Assembly: GCA_965248435.1 (NCBI GenBank)
Contig: OZ252100.1
Location: 2,144,001-2,208,000 of the forward strand
Direction: 5' to 3'
DNA from: Candidatus Latescibacterota bacterium
GTDB taxonomy: Bacteria > Latescibacterota > UBA2968 > GCA-2709665
Length of the DNA stretch: 64,000 nucleotides
The notes under the pieces were generated by a model that was given only the letters and a program-made list of their open reading frames with translations, was not told the DNA's origin and searched no databases. A program made the translations under genes and the position numbers. This document shows positions 58,137 through 64,000 of this stretch, one piece after another (the first letter of the stretch is position 1; the number at the start of each line of letters is the position of its first letter).

Positions 58137-58925
58137 TCACCTGCCTTTGAAATTCGCCTTCCGTCTTTCTTTGAACGCCCGTCTCCCCTCTTGATAATCT
58201 TCGGTATCCATGAAAAACAGGGGCAGACCCTCCTGGTCCGGCGTCAAACCCGAGAGACCGGGGTTTCGCAAGACCGTTCGAAGGATCTCCTTTTGATGCC
58301 GGTGCGACAGGGGGGCAAGGGAAGCGATTTCGCCAGCCAGCTCCGAAACGAACGCGTCGATCTCATCCAAAGGAAGCACCCTGTTCACGAGCCCGACCCG
58401 CAGCGCATCCTGCGCATCCAGCAGCCGCCCCGTCAACAGGATGTAAGAGGCGTTCGTCGAACCCACGATGTTCACGAGGCGCCGCATCTCATCGTAACCG
58501 ACAGCGATGCCCAGCTTCGCGGTCGGAATCCCGAACCGACTGCTATCGTCTGCGATCCGGATATCCCCCGCGACCGAAAGCTCGCATCCGCCGCCCAGAC
58601 AGTATCCTTTGATCGAACAGATCGAAGGTTTGGGCAGCGCCTCGATCGCATCCACGGCAGATCCGAACACATTTGCGTAATCTTTGGCTTGTTCGGGTGT
58701 GCTCCTGCGGCGATCGAAATCCACGATGTCAGCGCCGGCGGAAAACGCTTTGTCTCCCTTTCCTGTAAAGATCACCACACGCACGTCATCATCTACGGCC
58801 AGCGCGTTCGTCACCCGCGCGAGGTCAAGCCATCCCTCGTAATCGATCGCATTTCGTTTCTCCGGACTGTCGAACGTCACGGTCGCGACCCGATCCCGCT
58901 TTTCTACCAGAATACGGCTTTCCAT
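58137..58925 (-). CDS. Enoyl-CoA hydratase/isomerase family protein
   Basis: KRNA, FSAGADI, GYCLGGGCEL, EGRRAFKERR. Confidence 0.92.
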   Translation of the reverse strand: MESRILVEKRDRVATVTFDSPEKRNAIDYEGWLDLARVTNALAVDDDVRVVIFTGKGDKAFSAGADIVDFDRRRSTPEQAKDYANVFGSAVDAIEALPKPSICSIKGYCLGGGCELSVAGDIRIADDSSRFGIPTAKLGIAVGYDEMRRLVNIVGSTNASYILLTGRLLDAQDALRVGLVNRVLPLDEIDAFVSELAGEIASLAPLSHRHQKEILRTVLRNPGLSGLTPDQEGLPLFFMDTEDYQEGRRAFKERRKANFKGR

Positions 58926-58941
58926 ATCACACCTTTCATTG

Positions 58942-59742
58942 TCAGGCCTCTGCAAACGACCCCACCTGTGGGATCCTGTTGATCAATCCAAGCTCGAATG
59001 CATATTCGTAGAAAAGTCGGAGCCCTTCCCGTTCTCGTTCTCCAACGTCATAACTGATGCGACGCGTCAGGTAGGCTTCATAGAATTCCGATGAGTAGAG
59101 ATTGGACGCCGCCCACACCCTGGCGATCTCGGGGATCATTCCCACGCCCAGTGCTTTCGCCTCGGTCAGCCACTTCACCTCATCGGGCCCCGCAGAACCT
59201 GACCTCCCAGTCCAGCAGGCGTAAACGAACGGAAGCCCCGTGAGTTCCGACCACGCCTCACCCAGATCGAGCAAGCGATACTTACGTGGATCCAGCCCAA
59301 GGGCCGAGTCACCGATCAGGAGTGCGGCATCGCTTCTGTCCAGCATCTGTTTCAAGTCGGGAGGACTCTCAAAGACTTCGGGTCGATGCCCGTAGACCTT
59401 GTCGAAGACGATCTGGCAAAGCGCGGAGGAGGCCCGAGAGTTGGCGTCCAGTGCCAGGGTTCGAACCTCGGCTGGGTCCTTCTTCAGCACCAGGACAACA
59501 CTTTGCACCGGACCGAATGAAGCGATTCCGATGCCCGGAACCATGTTGTACGACTCGCGGGCGCGACCGATTTCAATCGAGGGGATCAGGGCGATATCTG
59601 TCTCGCCTCGATGAAGACGCTCTGCACAGCTGGAAGGGACATCGTAGATGAGGTCGAACGAATGGGAGACGTCACCCGACTCGAGGGCGTGCACTAGAGG
59701 CCGGGTGTTGAGGAAGGAGACGACGCCGAGACGCGGGGGCAT
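58942..59742 (-). CDS. mqnA: Chorismate dehydratase (futalosine pathway)
   Basis: VSFLNTRPL, G.V.SV, LLIGDSAL, DLGEAW..LTGLPFVYACW; adjacent to mqnC and mqnE. Confidence 0.9.
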   Translation of the reverse strand: MPPRLGVVSFLNTRPLVHALESGDVSHSFDLIYDVPSSCAERLHRGETDIALIPSIEIGRARESYNMVPGIGIASFGPVQSVVLVLKKDPAEVRTLALDANSRASSALCQIVFDKVYGHRPEVFESPPDLKQMLDRSDAALLIGDSALGLDPRKYRLLDLGEAWSELTGLPFVYACWTGRSGSAGPDEVKWLTEAKALGVGMIPEIARVWAASNLYSSEFYEAYLTRRISYDVGEREREGLRLFYEYAFELGLINRIPQVGSFAEA

Positions 59743-59752
59743 CCGGAGGCCT

Positions 59753-60853
59753 TTAGTTCAGCAGCTCGTAGCGGGTGTTCCTCCGAACCGGTTCATACCC
59801 GGCATCCCGGATGAGGCGCTGCATTTCCGGCAGCGTCATCTCGTTCGTATGACTCGTCCCGGCCGCGCTCACGACGTTCTCTTCCATCATTGTGCTGCCG
59901 AAGTCATTCACGCCATACCGCAGGGAGACCTGTGCGATCTTCGCGCCCTGAGTGACCCAGGAGGCCTGGATGCTCGGGATGTTGTCGAGGAAGATCCGGG
60001 AGACCGCGATCGTCCGGAGATAATCATAGCCCGTGGCCTTCCGCCCGTTCCAGCGACCGGGATCGGCGCCCAGATCGGTCTGGTCGGGCTGGAAGTTCCA
60101 GGCGATAAACGCCGTCATCCCGTCCGTCTCGTCCTGCAGGTCGCGAACCAGCTCGAGGTGCTCCATCCGCTGCTCTATGCTCTCGACGTGACCGTACATC
60201 ATCGTCGCGGTCGTGTGCAGGCCCAACTTGTGGGCGATTCGGTGAACGTCCAGCCACTCGTGAACCCGATCCTTGCGGAACCCGATGATATCACGGACTT
60301 CGTCGGAAAGAATCTCAGCACCGGCACCCGGGATCGAGTCCAGGCCCGCATCCCGCAGGCGCCCGATGCAGTCTTCCAGGGTCAGTTTCGAGATATGGGC
60401 GATGTAAACGATCTCCGTGGCAGACAGACAGTGCTGATGGACCTGGGGATATCGCTCTCGAATGGAGGCGTGCAGGTCTTCATAGTAGTCGATCTTCAGC
60501 TTGGGATTCAGGCCTCCCTGCATGAGAATCTCATTCGACTTCGGGGAATCGCCGCCGACTGCCACCATCTCATCGATCTTTTCGAAGATCTCCTCCATCG
60601 GCAGCACATACCCTTCCTCGGAACCGGGAGGACGATAAAACGCACAGAAATCGCACCGAACCCAGCAGACGTTCGTGTAGTTAATATTCCGCCCGATGTT
60701 GTAGGTCACCGAATCGTGCTGGTGTTTTCGCTCGCGAACCCGATCGGCGAGGCCTCCGAGTTCGGTCAGGTTCGGGTGCGCCATGAGTCTCAGTCCCTCC
60801 TCGACCGAGATCCGCTCCCCGTTTTGCACTTTTTCTGAGATGTCGTCGATCAT
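59753..60853 (-). CDS. mqnC: Cyclic dehypoxanthine futalosine synthase (radical SAM)
   Basis: RNINYTNVCWVRCDFCAF, LMQGG, PGAGAEIL, QASWVTQG, NDFGSTMMEENVVSAAG. Confidence 0.9.
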   Translation of the reverse strand: MIDDISEKVQNGERISVEEGLRLMAHPNLTELGGLADRVRERKHQHDSVTYNIGRNINYTNVCWVRCDFCAFYRPPGSEEGYVLPMEEIFEKIDEMVAVGGDSPKSNEILMQGGLNPKLKIDYYEDLHASIRERYPQVHQHCLSATEIVYIAHISKLTLEDCIGRLRDAGLDSIPGAGAEILSDEVRDIIGFRKDRVHEWLDVHRIAHKLGLHTTATMMYGHVESIEQRMEHLELVRDLQDETDGMTAFIAWNFQPDQTDLGADPGRWNGRKATGYDYLRTIAVSRIFLDNIPSIQASWVTQGAKIAQVSLRYGVNDFGSTMMEENVVSAAGTSHTNEMTLPEMQRLIRDAGYEPVRRNTRYELLN

Positions 60854-60878
60854 CACGTTCGCCTTCGCGCGTGACCCA

Positions 60879-62039
60879 TCAGGAAAGGACCGGAAGTTCG
60901 CCCGGTATCCCGACCGGCTCCGCCTCTTCAATTTCACGCTCCGTGGAAAGCACTCGATAAAGGTTGTCTCGCTCAACCGGGTCCCGGCCGGCCTCAACGA
61001 CCCGTTCCACGAGTTCCTTTCGGGTCAACACCTGACGCGTCTGCTCGTAGCTCGGCCGCGTGATCTCGTACTCCTGGATCGTCCCGTCAATGTCGTCCGC
61101 GCCGTACCAGAGCGCGACCTGAGAGATTTCGATCGTGTTCATGATCCAGAACGTCTTGATATGCGGAAAATTATCCAGCATCAGTCGCCCGACAGCGATC
61201 TCTCTCAGGTCCGCCATGCCGCTCGGTCCCGGGATGTGCTCGATTTCTGTCCGTTCCGGATGGAAAGAAAGTGGAATATAGGTCAGGAACCCCTCGGTTT
61301 CGTCCTGCAGCGCCCGAAGTGCCACCAGGTGTTCCACCTTCTCCTTGGGATTCTCGATGTGGCCGTAGAGCATCGTCGCGTTCGTGGGCAGTCCGACTTC
61401 ATGAGCCGTTCTGGCCACCTCCAGCCATTCCTCCGAATCCGACTTGGTCCAGAAAAGATCGTCCCTTACCCTGTCGCTGAAGACCTCGGCGCCCCCGCCG
61501 GGGATCGATGAGACCCCGGCCTCCTTCAGCTCCAGCATCACTTCTCTGAGTGGCTTCTTCGCCGCCTTTGCGATCTGTACCCATTCGATCGCCGTGAACG
61601 CCTTGACAGCAACATTAGGCCGGACCTGCTTCACTGCCTGCACGATGTCCAAATAGTATGAATAGGGAAGTTTTGGATTTACTCCTGCGACCATGTGGAC
61701 TTCTGCGATCGGAATGTGGAGGTAGGGTTCGAGTCGCGCCTTGATATCCTCCGGAGAAAGGACATAGCCTCGCGCGTCCTTTGGCGGTACATAGAAAGAG
61801 CAGAACTTGCAGAGCTTGTTGCAAACATTCGTGTAATTGATGTGCTGGTTCCTGACGTACCACGCCACGTTGCCGTTCTTTCGTTCCCGGGCGAGGTTCG
61901 CCATACGGCCGACCGCGTTGAGGTCCGGGTCGGCGTAGAGGCGCATCCCGTCCTCTGTGGACAGGCGAGTCCCGGCCTCAACCTTTTTGTAGATCTCTTG
62001 AAGCGCGTCAGGGATGTTCAGCGGCATTGACATCCTCAC
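60879..62039 (-). CDS. mqnE: Aminofutalosine synthase (radical SAM)
   Basis: HINYTNVCNKLCKFCSF, KAFTAIE, NATMLYGHIE, HIKTFWIM, GADDIDGT; true start may be ATG 62027 or 62033. Confidence 0.9.
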   Translation of the reverse strand: MRMSMPLNIPDALQEIYKKVEAGTRLSTEDGMRLYADPDLNAVGRMANLARERKNGNVAWYVRNQHINYTNVCNKLCKFCSFYVPPKDARGYVLSPEDIKARLEPYLHIPIAEVHMVAGVNPKLPYSYYLDIVQAVKQVRPNVAVKAFTAIEWVQIAKAAKKPLREVMLELKEAGVSSIPGGGAEVFSDRVRDDLFWTKSDSEEWLEVARTAHEVGLPTNATMLYGHIENPKEKVEHLVALRALQDETEGFLTYIPLSFHPERTEIEHIPGPSGMADLREIAVGRLMLDNFPHIKTFWIMNTIEISQVALWYGADDIDGTIQEYEITRPSYEQTRQVLTRKELVERVVEAGRDPVERDNLYRVLSTEREIEEAEPVGIPGELPVLS

Positions 62040-62425
62040 TCTCCGAGCGCTTGCGGGCGAAAGATGAGCTGAAGGATGTTCCCCTCTGGATCGGGGAAAA
62101 AGTCCATCTGCGTTCCATCGGGCAGGTCGACCTTCGGTCCGGCGAACGCGATCCCCCGCTCGGCCAGGTTTTGATAAACAGCGTCGAAGTCTTCTACGGT
62201 CAGGGCGATGTGCCGGATTCCAGCGTCGCGTGCATCCTGATCCGTTCGACTCGCCTTGTTCGAAGGCAGGATTTCCAGGACGCCGCCGCCGGACAGGCCG
62301 ATAAAATAGGTCTGGGAATCCTTCCTGGATTCGACCATCTCAAACCTGAGCGTCCCGCAGTACCACTCGGCGAGTGCTTTTGGGTCATCCGCCACGACAG
62401 CCACGTGTTCAATCGACTGAATCAA
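62036..62425 (-). CDS. VOC/glyoxalase family protein
   Basis: IEHVAV, GIRHIAL.V.D, FF.DPEGN. Confidence 0.88.
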   Translation of the reverse strand: MIQSIEHVAVVADDPKALAEWYCGTLRFEMVESRKDSQTYFIGLSGGGVLEILPSNKASRTDQDARDAGIRHIALTVEDFDAVYQNLAERGIAFAGPKVDLPDGTQMDFFPDPEGNILQLIFRPQALGE

Positions 62426-62727
62426 GCTATCCTCCCAGGCTTTAAAGGCACATCATGAATACACAAGGAAAGAGAATTCCTCAACAGATTCATCATATCT
62501 CTTGTTTCGGGCCAATACATAGTTTTCTGATTCTTGATCCAACAGGTGAGTCCGCCCCTGCGGCGGACTTTACGAATCCCCAGCGCGGGAATTCATTCCC
62601 GCGCGAAGGGCGAAGAATTTGTTTGGGCTGCAGATCCGAGATTCGTTGCCGTAGGGGCAGGCCCCCGTGCCTGCCCGGATTATTTATATATAGGCAGCCC
62701 CTGGGGCTTTGATTTCCCGGTGCTCGG

Positions 62728-64000
62728 TTACTCACTTCCCTCTAACATCTCCTGAGCGTGGCGCAACGTCAGTTCGGAGATCTCCTCACCGCCAAGCAGC
62801 TTCGCCAGGTCTTCGGTGCGGGCCTCTCCGGTCAGCTTTCGGACACGGGTGATCGTTCGCCCCTTTTCCGTACCTTTGGAGACAGAAAAATGCACATCGG
62901 CCATCTTAGCGATCTGAGGAAGGTGTGTGATCGAGATCGTTTGATGGGTCTTCGCGAGCCCCTTCAGCTTCTTGCCAACCGCCTCTGCGATCCGTCCGGA
63001 AATGCCGATGTCGATCTCGTCGAAGATGAGCACCTGCACGGAGTCCGCGTGAGAGATCACGGTCTTCATGGCCAGCATGATCCGCGAGATCTCCCCACCA
63101 GAGGCCACCTTCACGAGAGGGCGGATCGCCTCTCCGGGGTTCGTCGAAAGGAAAAACTCTGCCCGCTCCAGTCCCCGGGATCTCGGCGCGTAACTGCGCC
63201 CATCGACAACGACCCTCCCGTCGGGATTTTCCTCACGCGTCAGTTCCACACGGAACCGGACCTTGGGCATCCCCAGCTCGCGGAGCGCCTTTTCTATGGA
63301 AGAAGAAAGTCGCCCCGCCGCCTTGTCGCGCGCCTCTGACAGCCGCTGGGCAAATCCGGAGTACTCTTCGGCGCACGATGCGAGAGCTGCCCGGATCCCC
63401 TTCAAGTCGGCGTCCACTTCCTCAGATCGAGATAGCTCCCCTGCGGCGGTGTCCCTGAACGCAAGCACCTGGTCGAGCGATCCTCCATACTTCTTCTTCA
63501 GCCGCGCGAGCAGTTCCAGCCGCTCGATGACCTCCGCGAGCCGCTCCGGATTGTGCTCCACCCGTCCTGCGTAGTCTGCAAAGAATCGAGCCAGCTCCTC
63601 CGCACCGTATCGCAGAGACTCGAGCTCCTCCAGCTTCGCGTTGAGAGACCCGTCCATTCGTGCGGCCTCGGACAGGATCCGGCCCGCCGCACCCAACCGG
63701 TCACTCACAGACTCCTCACCCTGATAAAGGGCCGTCTCCAGTTCGGCGGCGGCCTGAGCCAGAGAGACCGCATTCGCAAGCTTCGACCGCTCCTCCTCCA
63801 ACCGGATGTCCTCCTCCGGTTCCGGGTCGGCCTCCGAAATTTCTCTCAGCTGAAACTCGAGGAGCTCACGCCGTTCCCGAAGTCGCTGGGCCTCCATCTC
63901 TCGACCGGCGATCGCTTCACTCAACCTCCCCAATTCCGCGTGGGTTGCTTCAATGGCCTCTCGAAGCTCCCCGAGGCCCGCGAATCCGTCCAAAAAGTCC
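62728..64000 (-). CDS. recN: DNA repair protein RecN, 5' part outside window
   Basis: NPGE..RPL.KVASGGEISR, IFDEIDIGISG, ITHLPQIA; coiled coil with RL..L..LKKKYG. Confidence 0.95.
   Translation of the reverse strand, partial: DFLDGFAGLGELREAIEATHAELGRLSEAIAGREMEAQRLRERRELLEFQLREISEADPEPEEDIRLEEERSKLANAVSLAQAAAELETALYQGEESVSDRLGAAGRILSEAARMDGSLNAKLEELESLRYGAEELARFFADYAGRVEHNPERLAEVIERLELLARLKKKYGGSLDQVLAFRDTAAGELSRSEEVDADLKGIRAALASCAEEYSGFAQRLSEARDKAAGRLSSSIEKALRELGMPKVRFRVELTREENPDGRVVVDGRSYAPRSRGLERAEFFLSTNPGEAIRPLVKVASGGEISRIMLAMKTVISHADSVQVLIFDEIDIGISGRIAEAVGKKLKGLAKTHQTISITHLPQIAKMADVHFSVSKGTEKGRTITRVRKLTGEARTEDLAKLLGGEEISELTLRHAQEMLEGSE

Noticed and set aside
58137-58925. menB call for the crotonase next to the mqn genes
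   Set aside because: It has FSAGADI rather than the MenB FCSGGDQ motif, and MenB belongs to the other menaquinone pathway.
1-64000. tRNA, rRNA, prophage or defence-system genes
   Set aside because: None recognised by eye.

Overview
GC-rich bacterial chromosomal window, mostly minus-strand genes; lineage not determinable from this window. Its centre (3.5-36.7 kb) is an RND transport locus: one MFP/RND/TolC operon whose RND is oversized (1332 aa), preceded by seven tandem paralogous ~1060-aa RND subunits with no MFP or TolC of their own. The paralogs have near-invariant membrane segments and highly divergent periplasmic strands; one is frameshifted. A Gfo/Idh/MocA oxidoreductase, a TIM-barrel isomerase and an IS30 sit inside the array. 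Both RND units begin with homologous ~290-nt noncoding leaders: the same TTGACT-17-TATGTT promoter, a short uORF, mutually exclusive pairings and an identical terminator, which suggests an undescribed attenuator. Other contents: a perfect-consensus promoter with a ~70-nt terminated RNA, an expandable GGTACC-core 22-bp repeat family, GTAG-type REP-like palindromes, orphan flgM and FliG-N-like genes, a frameshifted ISL3, metabolic genes, futalosine menaquinone genes (mqnA, mqnC, mqnE), rarA and partial recN. All calls come from reading the sequence and motif recall; no database search was run.
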